DNA from: Pelomyxa schiedti
Taxonomy: Eukaryota > Protista > Evosea
Reading direction: 5' to 3'
Length of the DNA stretch: 64,000 nt
NCBI GenBank assembly: GCA_020536535.1
Contig: JAHLWZ010000127.1
Coordinates: 3,841 to 67,840, forward strand
Both the position numbers and the translations under genes were made by a program. A model generated the notes under the pieces. The model ran no database searches. It saw nothing but the letters and a program-made list of their open reading frames with translations, and had not been told where the DNA came from. Of this stretch, positions 11,450 to 24,300 are shown one piece after another (within the stretch, counting starts at the first letter, position 1; every line of letters starts with the position of its first letter).

Positions 11450-13888
11450 TCAGTGACCAGTCCTTGATGTGTCTTGCGAGCCTGTTGGTTGTGCTCTAGT
11501 GTTGGACGTGTTGTTGTTGTTGGTGGTGGTTGTTGCGGGGGGTGCTATGGAGCTAGGTGCTGTTGTTGTGTGTGTGGTGCCGGTCAAGAAGTTGTGCTGA
11601 ATGTCCTTGATCATCTTCTTGACGCTGGTGACGCCGCTCTCCAGCATTTCGTTCACGCTGATGCAGGCGTCGGGCTCGCACTGGTCGAGGAAAAACGCGT
11701 CGTGGAGGCATGACGAGCACATCCTGACGGGGTCTTCAAGTATCTGTGTGTTGAGGTGGGATATTACTTGGGAGGCTGGGAGAAGAGTGGTGGGTGGGGA
11801 ATGCTTACGCCGGCGAATAGTCTCTCACATAGGTTTATAAGCAACCCACTACAGCGGCGCAGAATAAGCCATCCCTCAATGCAGATTCTTATGAACCTAA
11901 AAAACGAGTGTTACATTAAACAAAAAGGATTAGTGGTACTGCACCTTTCCCAAGCCTTGCGTTCAATCAGTTTCGCTTTGAATTCAGAGGCAAATGCCAA
12001 TCTGTTAGCATCGAACCACGGCTTCATATTGAATACTGCAGACACAAAATTAAAGAGTGAAGATGAGAAGTATGAAGAAAGAGGAATTGCAACAACCATA
12101 TCTGCAGAATTGTTAGAGGCTCTTTTTAAAACTTTTTCAAACTGGGTAACTTACCCAAAATCGATTTGGAAGAAAATGTTGTTATTTTTAATCAGCATGT
12201 TATCTCTGTGTCGATCTCTGATTCCAAGTACAAAACTAAGAATATTAGAACAATTTGTCAACCAAGAAAATAGCCTAAGAAACTTACACAGCAACATAAC
12301 CACCTGCAGCCGTTGCAATAAGTCTGTCCAAGTCTTGTTCTGACAAAGTAGAGATATTTTCCCACACGAACTTGGTTACAGGCACTGAGTTTTCAATGAA
12401 TTCTATCAATCCTCGGTTCGGACCAGTGGGAACAACGTAGTAAGTGAAGGCATGAGGTTTTATGGTGAGGCCACTACAATCCCACAAGGAATTGAACACC
12501 TCAAACATGACTTCCACCTGCAGGTGTTTTTGTTGTGACTGTTTTCCTATTCTCTAGATCTCACATACAGCAAGGTCTTTGCGTAAGTCGTCACCAGTTT
12601 TATAAATAAACGTCTTAGGGGGCATCAGGGTGGAGAAACTGATACTCATAAGGCACGGTTTTGCTTGAGAGTCGAAGACTTTTATAACTACATAGGTTCA
12701 GAAAAAAAGAGAAAGAAAAAGGAGGAAAAGCAACTTGCCTTCAATTTTATCTATGGGTATAACGGCTCCGAATAATGGGTCGTACACGCGTTTTGGACGC
12801 CACACTAAGTCATCAACTCCAACTTTAGGGGGTGTTGTACTACATTGGTCAAAGAAGGTGGCCAGTTGTCTATGACTTGCTTGCAGTATAGGAACTGTTT
12901 TAAGGATACGATTGCGTTTTGCTTCTAGTTCTGCTGCTGAAGTTTCTGCTGGTGAACTTGTTGATGAAGTGGTAGGAACTGGTACGTGTGCAGTGGCATT
13001 CTTGATGGAGGGAGATGGTGGGGGAGGGGTTCTCATGCTCATGGCAGATGCTGTTAGGGTTGCTTGAATTGATTCCTGGTTGGTCTTTAAACCCTAAAAA
13101 CGTCACCAACTCTGATGTCATACCACAGAGGGAGGAGTCATTGCAGCCTCAGGGAGGATACCTGCTCGGTTCAACCAAAATGCAAACATAGATAAGCTCA
13201 CTACTTGCCTATTCCCCCATACGGCTGAAGAAATGGCAGTTTCCCACTCACTCCTTGTTGGAACCTGTGACCCTGGTGCCTCTTTTTTTTTTTTTTTTTG
13301 TTGTTGTTGTTATTATTGTTGTAAATATTGATGGTTCAGACTGAAATTAAAGAATTATGGAACCAAAATAACAGTCTCAAAAAAGGCGGGGAAATAGAAC
13401 CACGCACTAGATGTAGGAGCCTTGGTCACCAAGTTGGCAAGAATGGGAAGGAACGTGTAGAGTTGCTCGGGAGTCAGGCGGAGCAGGTGACTTGGCCTCA
13501 GGGACTCGAGCGCCACGTGCTGCAGCCACTTCACGTCCCTCCACGCCTCCTTGGCCCTCTCTGGTCTCTCCCAGTCTTCCGCCCCAGGCCCACCCCCCTC
13601 CCCGCCTCCTCCACCCCCTCCGGCCCCGCCCACGCTTCCGCTTCCGCTTCCACTTCCCTCCGCCGTCGCTGTGCTGGTTGCAGCCACTACTGCCGTTGTA
13701 TTTACAGTCGCGGGGGCATCGGTGGCGGCGGTGCCACTGCTGGTGCTCACAACGACCACGGGGGCGTGGGGTTTGGCGGGGGAGGAAGCAGCGGTGTTGG
13801 TGCTGGGGGCTGTGGTCTGTGCTGCCGCTGCTGCAGCACCACGAGAGCCCAGCCCAAACAAAGGCGCGAACCGCGATGGTGATGACAT
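11450..13888 (-). CDS. Compact PI3/PI4-kinase-family lipid kinase
   Basis: KVFDSQAKP, FIYKTGDDLRKD, GLIEFIENS, FVLGIRDRHRDNMLI and FFQIDFG catalytic motifs; low-complexity N-terminus. Confidence 0.88.
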
Positions 13889-14130
13889 TGAGTCAGTGCC
13901 GCAGTGAGGTTTTTTTTTTTGTTTTGGTTGTTGTGTTTTCGCGTGAATCATGCCGGCTGTGGAGGATCAAGGTACCAAACAGCCGCACGAGAAAGAAAAG
14001 CTGGAGAGGAGATGCCGGGCACTTGAGACTGGGACAAGATCAGATGTTCTCGGCAGGCAACCCTGAGGAGGCGAGTGAGAGATCTCTTATTTCGTTTTTT
14101 TGTTGTAACGGCACCGCGACACGGGCGAAG

Positions 14131-17100
14131 ATGTCGATTTTGTCCCTTGGACTGGAGATTGTGAGGGAGGCAGTGTCATTAGATAACAGGGGGATGTACG
14201 TTCAGGCGTGTGAAGCTTATGGGAAGGGAATTGCTGCACTCAATGTTGCCTACAACCGTGTGTAGGTTTTTAAAAAAAATTTTGTTGGCTTTTGCATATG
14301 AGACTCATTTCCTGTTTTTTTTCTTTCTTGTTCTTGTTCCTACACACTGTTTTGGGTTTCACAAACTTTCTTCAGAGGAAGGTGACCCAGGAATGAAAAA
14401 CACCATTTGTGAAAATGCAAGAAAGTACCAAGAGCGCAGAAACGCACTTTTGCAGCAAATTTCAACTTCACAACCACTGCAACCACCCTCACAAGCAGCA
14501 CAAATATCCCAATCCTGTTTTCAGCCAAATATAGCACCCACTATTTGTAGTACACCTCCTGCAGTGTACACACCACCTCCATCATTGGTGCAGTCTGTCC
14601 CTGTCAGTTCCACTAACCCTTCCTTAGTCAATAATTCTGTGATCAATTCAGAGCAATTGACACCACAAACTCAAGGACGACTGACACAGGTTTTGTTTTG
14701 TTGAGTTTCGTTTTACTTTACTTTTTTGTTTTATTTTGTTTTACCAATTTATGTATATACAGGGGGCTGAGGACATCACCAACTTCAGAATATTTCCTGA
14801 TAGAAAGTCTTTGATAGAATTTATGAAGCATCTTGATATTGAATACCCTTTGTCTGGTGGTTCAATGTAAAGTTCTTTTAGGTGGTCAATACTAACTGGC
14901 ACACAGTGCTCATGAATGTGCAGTTAAACTCTGTGACGCTGGTGTTAAGGCACAACGAGCCCAAGACCTTTTAGAGGCCTATAAATGTTTTCAAGCTGCT
15001 TTACAATGTTTCCAAGCATCGTTTGAAGGTAGTGATGCAAATTCCTTGTTCTTTTTCACTCGCTTTTAGGGTCTCCTCCCTTACCATTTGGTGTTCATGC
15101 AACTGTAAAAGAGAAAATGAATAGATGCGCCGCTCATACCTCAGAGCTTAAGCAGTGGGCTTTCATTACCTTCAGTTCTGAGGTTGATGAAACTAACCGG
15201 TATTAGGCACATAATCCCTCAACTTGAGGCCCTAGCTATTCAAAGCAGGTCTCTGGCGGATCAACAAGCTGCCTCAAAGAAGTTGGAGGACGAAATGGCA
15301 ATATGGCGGAAGCAGCAGGATGAAGAGGGTAAATTACGTCAATTGGAAGAAAGCGGGCGAGAAGGGAATTGGATCGTTGTGCAACCACAAGTTAATGTGC
15401 AGCCAAGTCAACTACCCCAAGACCGCCCAGAACCGAAGCGTACTAAGCACGGGAAAATGGCCCTCCTCAGTCACACTCTAAAATCGAAATCTGTATGCCC
15501 CATCCCCCAGATTCAAAGAAGATTAATACCACAATAGCTTCTTCTTGGCAAAGCCACCTTTAAATCTGAGCCGGTCAAGAGTCAAGACTTGACTAAGCAG
15601 TTCGATTATTCCAGTACACCCACTTCTGAACTGGTTGAGGTTGTGGTTTGTTTTGGCAGTACATTCCAAGTTAACCAATGTAGCTTTTTGATACACTGAA
15701 GGGACAGATAGCTGACATCGAAATGAAGGTAGGCGGTGACCCACATGCCCAAGGGATCGCAGATGTACATTCACGTATGCGGCAGCAACAGGCAGCTATC
15801 CGCGAAGGTTTTTAGCAATTATTTTTCCCTTCTCATGTTCCAAAGAATTAAGGAAGAGGAACACTTCAGGAGACCAGATGATTGCATCTGTTCTTCTTCC
15901 AAAGAACCAAGAACAAATTCGGGAACCGTCACCACCCAGTCCAAGATCTCTCAACATAGAACCTGATTCACCTCATCAACAAGAGCTCATCATGTTATAC
16001 AGGTTTCTGGTTGCTCAATTGTTCTTCTTTTTTAAGGAACCCAGTATTTTAGATAATTGGCTGACTTCTACGGATCTCTCTATATTGATGATTTTTCTTC
16101 AAAATATCCACACTACATTTCCGCACCTCACACCCTTTGAGATTTTCGATCACCTAGTTAAAAGGTATAATTGCACAAAAAAACCTAACTTATATCGTTA
16201 GGTATAATGAACCCTTCTCCCCATTGGCTACACCAAGCCATCCCGTTATATTTGAGGAGGATAAAAAAAATTTGCAGCACCTGGTGTGCAATGCGGTCTC
16301 AAGATGGATCGCTCTTCATCCAAAAGATTTCATACAAGGAAGTGATATGTGTAAGTCGGCCATTGAGTTGGCACATCTGGCAGCTCAAGATGGACTGTCT
16401 GTGGTCTCTAACAAAATTCTAAGTGCACTGACCCCACAAGAGACACTTTCAGTGGTACAACAAGAAATTGTTGAACCAGATGAAGAAGCACCTCTTGCGC
16501 CTGATGGTGATGCATTTAAGATACCTCTACCACCCCCTCCAATCCCGCAGGTTTTGGATTCTACTCCACCACCTGTTCAATTCCCCCCTACAGTCCAGTC
16601 TGCAATCACTTCAAGTGTGCGTATTAGCAAGCTTCTGTCTTCAAATCCGTCATCCATTGTCAGCACTCTCAAGTCCATTGATGCCCTCCTCTGGGAGAGT
16701 GTTCCAGCCAACAGCTTCCTTGATACTGAAGGTCTCTGCAGCCCATTGGTTGCACTACAAGACCGTGAACGAAAACTCTTCCAGTGGGTCACACGTTTCC
16801 TGCAACTTACCGAGCAAAATCCTGTCAATTTCTCCGCTGTTCTGCAACAGTTCGTGTGCATTGCCGCTTTGCTTCAGCAGCAACGGGACTTTTCAGCTTT
16901 TGTTGGCGTTGTCACTGCCCTGAATCTGCCATACACCACCCATATTATTGAAAGCCGGCAGGATATACCCCCCGAGACCAAATTCCTCATCAGCACGCTG
17001 AGTTCCCTTTGCGTGGCAGGCAAGTTCGACCCTCCTCTCCCACATTCTCAACCCCTTCACAGACGGCACCACCGGGATTCCGCCTATCGGCACTGACATG

Positions 17101-17310
17101 GCTTCCGGGCCTTGCACTCCACATGTACCCACACTCCTGGCCCTAGTGGAACAAACCCGGCAAAACGCCGCGAGCATGAACGCAACAGACACCAACAGCA
17201 GAGTAACACAGCTTGTTCAGGCAATGCAAGGCACCACCAGCACTCCCATGTCTGACTTTGGCCTTCCACCAGAGCTACTTGCAGAGCTCAGGTTACTTCC
17301 CCAGCACTGA
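14131..17310 (+). CDS. MIT-domain protein with degenerate REM/RasGEF (CDC25-like) domain
   Basis: N-terminal MIT (GLEIVREAVSLDNRG.Y..AC..Y..GI) and a second MIT-like repeat near 14905-15150. REM-like LTPFEIFDHLVKRY and VSRWIALHPKDF. CDC25-like LKSIDALLW..FQWVT..LQQFVCIA..RDFSAFVGVVTALN. Confidence 0.65.
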
Positions 17311-17389
17311 TTGAATCACTTCCTACTCTGGATTGTATTTTGATTTTTTTATGATGAAAAAGGAAAAACTAAATTTCTTTTGGTTTATT

Positions 17390-19510
17390 CATAAAGACCC
17401 ACTGTACTTCTGCATGCGTTGCAACACGTTTATCTCTCTCTGTGGAGGTAGTCTCAGCCGTGGCTGATATGAGAACAAAGTACATACTTGCAATTGTGTT
17501 TCGGGGTTAGAGGGTGGTAAAATGAACTCAGATTCTCCTTGTGAGTCTACCCAACCTTTTTTTTTTGGGTGGGAAAAGAAATAGAGGCACTAACCATCAA
17601 TGCTACCAGTGCCAAATGCCCTCTGTTCAATGGCATTCTGTTCACGGAGATACTGATCATGCAATTCCTTCCCCCTCTCTTTGCTGAGGGAAATGCAATG
17701 TGGAACAGGAGGAACAGAAATACTGACGATTTCGAAATTGTTTTGGCTTTTAGTTAAACAATGGAAAAACTTACCTGTGTGGGAGAGCCTTGAAAACCTC
17801 ATAAATCATTTCCATTAGAAAAACATGTGAAGGAGTTGGAATCTACTTGCTGTTGTCTGACTGGTGAAGGAGATGAACGGAGACCTCTCTCACACTGCTC
17901 GGAATCCCTCATCCTGCGGCTTTTCAATAATGTAAAGCAAATGATATGAAACAACACCAGTTTCCTGTGTGGGTTTAGAAGTAAGATAAATACACACCAA
18001 ACCGAACTATTCTGTGCACATGCACATCACCTGGGTCAGAAACTCCGTGCATCACTTTTATGGAAATAAGGGCGTCATAGAGGGCGTCAGAGAGGCGTGC
18101 AATAAGAGCATTTTGACACTGAGCTAATGGCTGGTCCTGCTGTGGCGTTAGGTTAATAAGGACATGTATAGATGACGTTCCTGGAACAAAAAAATAATAT
18201 CTGTGAGGGTTTGTTCTAATTCTTTATCACCTATATTGAGATAAGAACAGATAATAATACACACTATCGAGATCAACTGGCAATTAGTGGCATCTGAGAG
18301 AGAACTCTGACCATTTGTTTGCAATGAGAACGAGTGGCAATTTGATTAGGATCTTTGGAGATCATGTAATCCAGAAATGCACTAAATTTGTATATTATCA
18401 CCTTGGTAACAATATACAAATTGGGGAATAAGGAAAGGGGTGTGTGATTCAGGAAGATACTTCATTTGCCATGATTTCCCTGTTATATTCCTGTGCAATA
18501 ACATCCATTTGCTCAGTTGTGATGTCTGAAGTAGGGAAAAGCGGACTGGGGCACTCGTCTTCCTGCATAAAATGAGAACTGTAGAGTGTTAAGCATTCAC
18601 CTGTGGCTCTACTTGTGTATCCCGGTGAAGCCTACAGAAAGTTGACAAAAATCGGGTAAATACTTGTTTCCCTGACCTGGGTAAAACTGGGAGAGCATTT
18701 AAAATCCCCTGACATGTGCAGGTCAATTGAGAATCTCCATGATGATAAGTATTTTAGTTGAACTTATCAATAATACCATTAAGTGCATGTAACTTCTTCA
18801 ACAGAGGCAACAGAAAACCAGCATATTGAGAAGAAGACACACTTGGAGTTTCATGAGAAAGGAATTCATCAAGTTGGGCCAGCTCAGAACGAATTAATGA
18901 GGACTCCAATGTTCTAGTGGAACTACCAGGTAACTCCAGAGTTGGAGCAAAGTGGTCGCTCCCTACTGTTTCAGCAGAGCTAAGAATAAAGATAAGCCCA
19001 AAAGTGACAGGAAAAACCTGAATGGTTTGTGTACTTGTTGTGTACATGGTGAGCTCCTTTTCGTTTGCTCTTTGGTAGAATTTCTGAAAAGCCTATTTTC
19101 TTACTTTTTTGACAATTAGAAGACATGAAGGAGTTTGAGCATGCCAAACGTGCTTTCGAGTGGATGCATGTTGGTGGAGTTTCTTTTTGCAAGGGCAAGG
19201 CTGATTCCTTCTCCATATTAAAAAAAAAATTAGCTATTTACCAGAATTTTGGGGAACAACGACTTCAGTGATACTTTTCCTGGCTGGCTCTGCGGAGTGC
19301 CGTCCAATATTGCACTGTGTGCGGTAAATCTATCCTGGGAAGTTTTTCTTCAGAAAACAGTTCTATCAAAATAGATAGCTGTGCCTTTTGGGGGTCTTTG
19401 TACAAAGGATTTGTTAGGTCCGTCTCCTCAGAACAGATGTCATCAATCCTGCCACCTGACAGCAACGGAGAAGTGAACTCAGTATCTTGCACACGACTCC
19501 CCGTTGTCAC
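17390..19510 (-). CDS. Hypothetical multi-exon protein of unknown function
   Basis: Chain of minus-strand open segments separated by short GT-AG intron-like spacers; no recognisable motif; start uncertain. Confidence 0.4.
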
Positions 19511-20091
19511 CTTTATTTTTCGTTTTTACTTTTCTCCCCCCCGTTACTACATACAAGGCACAACAACCACAGCTACAATTAACATGTCCCACGGTAATCG
19601 AAAATCATGGGTGGGGCGGGCGTCCCGAGTTGACATACAACACAGGAATCAGGGAGATGGCACGCACGCCAAAACGCGGGGCCGCTGGTTCACACAGCGA
19701 GTCGTGGGTTCCTCTTGTGTCCGAGTCTCCCTCGAGCCAACTTCTCAACGCCTCACGGCTGCTTTCATCGTTGCACCCGCCGTTGCATAACGACTCGAGG
19801 TAGGTTTGCGCACACGACGACGCCATCGACCGCTGGGTGCCACTCTCTCTAAAGCGGAATTCAACCTGGTGTCTGTCGAAGGGGCACCTCGCCGTTCCCA
19901 GTTGTCTTCCCAATTCCTTAGGCCCCAATCTCGGTGGGGTACAGAATCTAGGTGACAGGAGTATGAGAGGAACTTGAGGACTCAGCCTGGACTTGATTAG
20001 AGGAGATCTGAATTCCGTGCATCAGACGAAACTGATTTTGGTGAACGTTGGGGGGGTTTCTTGAAGACTGAGTTACTGCGGGATTGTCGAA

Positions 20092-21179
20092 ATGGGAGAT
20101 ACCAACAAGCACCAATATGTACCCATTACTATTCACGAAACGTGTGCTGCATGCAAGTATGTGTAATCCTTTTTTTTTTTTTGGAAAAGACATTGTCACA
20201 CTAAAATCCTTCTTCCACTTCTTTTGTTCTTTTGGAAAATTTTGATAGGAAGGTCATTCACAGGGTTAAAAAAGGTTCTAGCTGCTGTTACTGTTGAGAG
20301 ACCTAACTTTTTTTTTTTTTTTGAAACAACTAGCAAGACAATGTTCTGGTTGGCTCCCCTTTGTTTCTCCCTGTTTTGTTTATTTGTGCAATTTGTCTTA
20401 TGCCTTTCAGTATGCAAGAAAATAGTACACAAGTCGTGTGTTGATGATAACGAGCCTTGCAGCCAGACAAAGGAAGTAATTACAGGTACTTCTTTGTAAT
20501 TAATTCTGTAACTGACGAGAACTTTAGATGTCGATATTTTAGCTGCTGTGCAATCCGGATCAGGTTTTGTTTTAGTTTCATATGTACTGAGTTCTTACAA
20601 CGCCAGCGTCTGTCGCCAATGCACTTTTCAGCCAAGTCGAATTTCAAAGAGGTATGTCTCTGGGAAGTTGTACACGATAACCCATAAACTTGTGTGCCTA
20701 GACGTACTTGCTGCTGCTTCGTATTCCCCTCCAACTGACATTGAATTGACCATTCATGAGAATGAGGTCCTGACAGCGTGCGGGGATCCCGACGGGGTAC
20801 ATTGCTTATCTAAACTCACGCACCTTCCTAACCTTGATCAAAGTTCTGGGTGTGGTGCATCAACGCTTCCGGAAAAGAGGGCTGGGTTGATGTGGACTAC
20901 ATCAAAGAACTCAACTCCCCCTCACAGCCTCCTCACCAGCCACAACAAGAAAGCCAGCCACACCAATCCGAACCCACCCCACAAACATCAACCAAGGCAC
21001 ACGCCACCCCATCCACAGCTCCACAACCACCACCACTACTACACCAGCCTGCCTTCCTTGCCATCCCACCCCTCCACTCTCCCCAACAGCAATCACACAA
21101 CACCACAAATGATGAGCCTAGTAAGTCAACAGGGGGTGCCTCCAGTGCAGCCCCTCCTCCCTTACCACCAAGAAGCTAG
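20092..21179 (+). CDS. C1 (Cys/His zinc) domain + SH3 + Pro-rich adaptor protein (STAC-like architecture)
   Basis: HQY..TCAACK..SCCYC..KKIVHKSC..C (C1 pattern), then AASYSPPTDIELTIHENEVL..WVWC..GKEGWVDVDYI (SH3) and a PPPLPPR tail. Confidence 0.72.
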
Positions 21180-21318
21180 ATACTTTTTGTTGTGCTGTAC
21201 AATCCCGAAACACAACTCTTCATTTTGACAACAAAAAAAAGACATTATTTTTATTTTCCTTCTACCACTGGGGCATTACAGTAGTGAAGGGAAAATACAT
21301 CTATCTCACTGGTTATTT

Positions 21319-24300
21319 CTACTCCACCCAGACATGGAGGTTATGCTCTTGCAGTGTTGCCTGTAGGGCTGGCACTGCACCAGGGGGAAGCTTCGATCCT
21401 GTGGGCATTACCCAAGTCCTTTTGCTTGCACCATCAAATGATGAGAGGCGGGGGTACTTGGAGGCACCAAGAGAGTGGAACGGCAGTATTCGGACGTGCT
21501 TGACACCTGCTGCAGAAATGGTGGTGGCCAGTAATTCCATCTCATCGAGGGAAGTATTGAACCCTGGAATCAATGGTATGGATACCACAAATCTTTCTGG
21601 GCCTACTGCAGATACGGCGTGAGGGAGGTTTGAGAGTATTGTCTAATGAAGGGGCAAGGTGAGTTTGGATTATGTCATGATTGATATCAAACCTTGTTGG
21701 ATATGCCAGTGAATTGTTTGTGTGTTGCTTCAGTGACGCACTTGACATCAAAGTACACAAAGTCTAGTAGAGAAAATATCTCCGATACCTTGTTGTGTGG
21801 TTGGTTTCATCAAAGTGGTATGGGAGTGCATTTACTTTTCCCCACTCCACACAACCGCTAGTCTCCATTCCAACAGAAATCCCCCTCGACTTCAAACCCC
21901 GCACAACATCCAGTACAAAGCCTTTGTTGTGGAGAAATCAGTGGAAAAAAAGACTTCGTATAGAAGTCAAAAACCTGCTTGCATGAGTGGCTCGCCACCA
22001 CTCAAAGTGACCCCTCCATTCACCCCATAGAATTCATGTCTTTCCTCAGCCAACTGAATAATCTGTACTGCGTGAGTCTTTTGACAGAGAGGTGCAATAA
22101 TACCTCCATGGCTTTGATCGGTTTGCCAACTGTAGTGGCGGCGTCTGTTGGCACCGCCGGCACCATCTCTTCCACGTCAGGAAGTTGACCTTCCGGGTTG
22201 CAACACCACTTACAACGAAGGGGACACCCTTTCAGGAAAACTGTTGTGCGATTACCTGGACCGTCTTGAACTGTATAGTCCTCAATGTTGAATATTGTGC
22301 CAGTGGAAGAGGGACTGAATATTGAGGCCTGTGCATGACTCTGGAGATGGTCAAAAAAAAAAAAAAAATTACATGAAAAAAACCTTTGGAGGCGGGAGTA
22401 GAAACACGTCACCTTGTGGAAAAGCTGTTACCTTTCTCTCTGGGATTGTTGCTGTAACGTCACTGAGGTTGTGTTCAGTTCTTTGGATGACTTCATCTTG
22501 TATTGATCTGGAACCAGGGTAATTTACCTAAAAAATGACTTGGACTTATACCGAGCAAGTTCAACAAAAAAGGCAGAAAAGCCAGCAACGCGAACTATCA
22601 AGTGGCGATAACTTGGTCGAAGATTAGTGAGTCTTATTTTTAAAAATAAGATACATACTTCTCTGGATGTAGCTGAGCCTCCCTGCACCTCTGATTAGTC
22701 TTTCATGTGAAGAGAGAAAGAAAAACTTTAGAACCTGAGCAGCTTGGAATCTACAACATTGAACTGAAGCTGGAATCCATTTCGCTGAAAGTATGTCCTT
22801 ATGAGATCAAGCAACTTACGCGACCCTTGTGGCCCACTCAAGGCTGATGGATGGAATTTCATGTTATGAAGTCCACCTCTTGTGTTGGTTGTTGGTTTTG
22901 TTTTAAGAACCCAAGCAATGATAAGGAATAAAACCTTATTTGCGTATGGTCTACTTTTGCAGCAGAGAGCAACACAGCATATGGCCCTAGACTATGTTAG
23001 TCCTCTACATTTTAGTGCCAATTATCAACCACAGGCATCCGTTCCAGGCGCTGGGCTGGTAACCCCATCACATAGGATATCACCAGATTTGCGCCCATCG
23101 GGTGTTGCAAGGCAAGCTTTCCCAAATGGTGCATGTGTACTAATGGCTGAGAGACGGTGAGGTAGAAAGAGTTATGGAACCCATATTACCAAGCATAGAC
23201 GGGTCATAACGCTCCCCAAGAAAGTTTACCCCTTGAGAGACAATACTGCAATAGGCCGAAAAGAGCTCAGTAAAAAGACTATCGACACTGTTGTTATTAT
23301 TACCCCACTTTGGAGCTCTTTTGCACTCTAGAGGTGATAAGGTTTTCATCATTGAGGTATGCACATACCCTCGAGTAAGTCTTCATACCCCTTCCAGTTT
23401 GCCATCAAAGCATTTCTAAGTGTTTCCATCGAATCAAGCTGCTTATTTATTAGATTCCAGGTAACCATAGTTATTCTCAACCTTGGAACCAAGCAGGAAT
23501 TTGATTGCGGCAAGGGAGTTCACAACGTTGACCATACCAGATGACAAAGTAGTTGGAGTTCCATTCCAAAGTGCACCACCATCATCAAGGGATAACCCTG
23601 TGTGAAGATTATCCTTTGTTATGAAGAGATCACAGGGTTGTACCGCGCCCAATACAATCTCTAGTCAATACAGAACAAAATACTAAATTGCAAGTTTGCC
23701 TATGTGCTGCCATTACGTAGTTCCAATACTTTTGCCAGTTCCCAATTGCTGTCAATAATGAGCACGAAATTGGCACCAGACATTTGGGCAGGCACCATCT
23801 GTCATATGTTTAACATAAGCTGCCATAAGTTCCTCCAAAGTCCGCGGTACCGGGGTCTGAGTAAATTCGATTCCTTTTTTTTTCCGCATCCTTCAGAGAA
23901 AAAGAACGCGGGTGGTAATGTACCTGTACGTGGGTCCTTTCCACCATATAGAGCAAGTTCAAACAATTTCATGTGATTAACGAACCCTGGCTGTACAATG
24001 CCGTAACTCATTCCCCCAAGGGTTGGTTCGGTGCATCCCCCTATGTTCAATTAGGGGGAGAGGAAAAGGTGCCTTGCCGCTTACCCATGGAGGCATATTT
24101 TCGGATCACTTGAAGGGGTTGCTTACTTCTTTCCAATTCGTGTTGTATGTATACCTTGCCAAGAAGTGAGTTGTCAATAATAGAAATACGGTTCTACAGG
24201 CAGGTTGAAGAATGCAGGAAAGCCTACGCCAGTTTTCACACACTCAACAGCTTTCATTAAGAACCTATGTTGTAGTTGAGGTGTATACCTATGAAAAAGT

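Noticed and set aside
13152-13161. GTATCCTC on the minus strand as a U12-type donor
   Set aside because: The match is imperfect and appears exonic (GILPE); no U12 branch site was recognised.
13328-14265. Long antisense/overlapping ORFs in GC-rich low-complexity exons (also 5902-6357, 32880-33500, 46904-47371)
   Set aside because: These are shadow frames of Ala/Gly/Pro/Ser-rich coding sequence with no motifs of their own.
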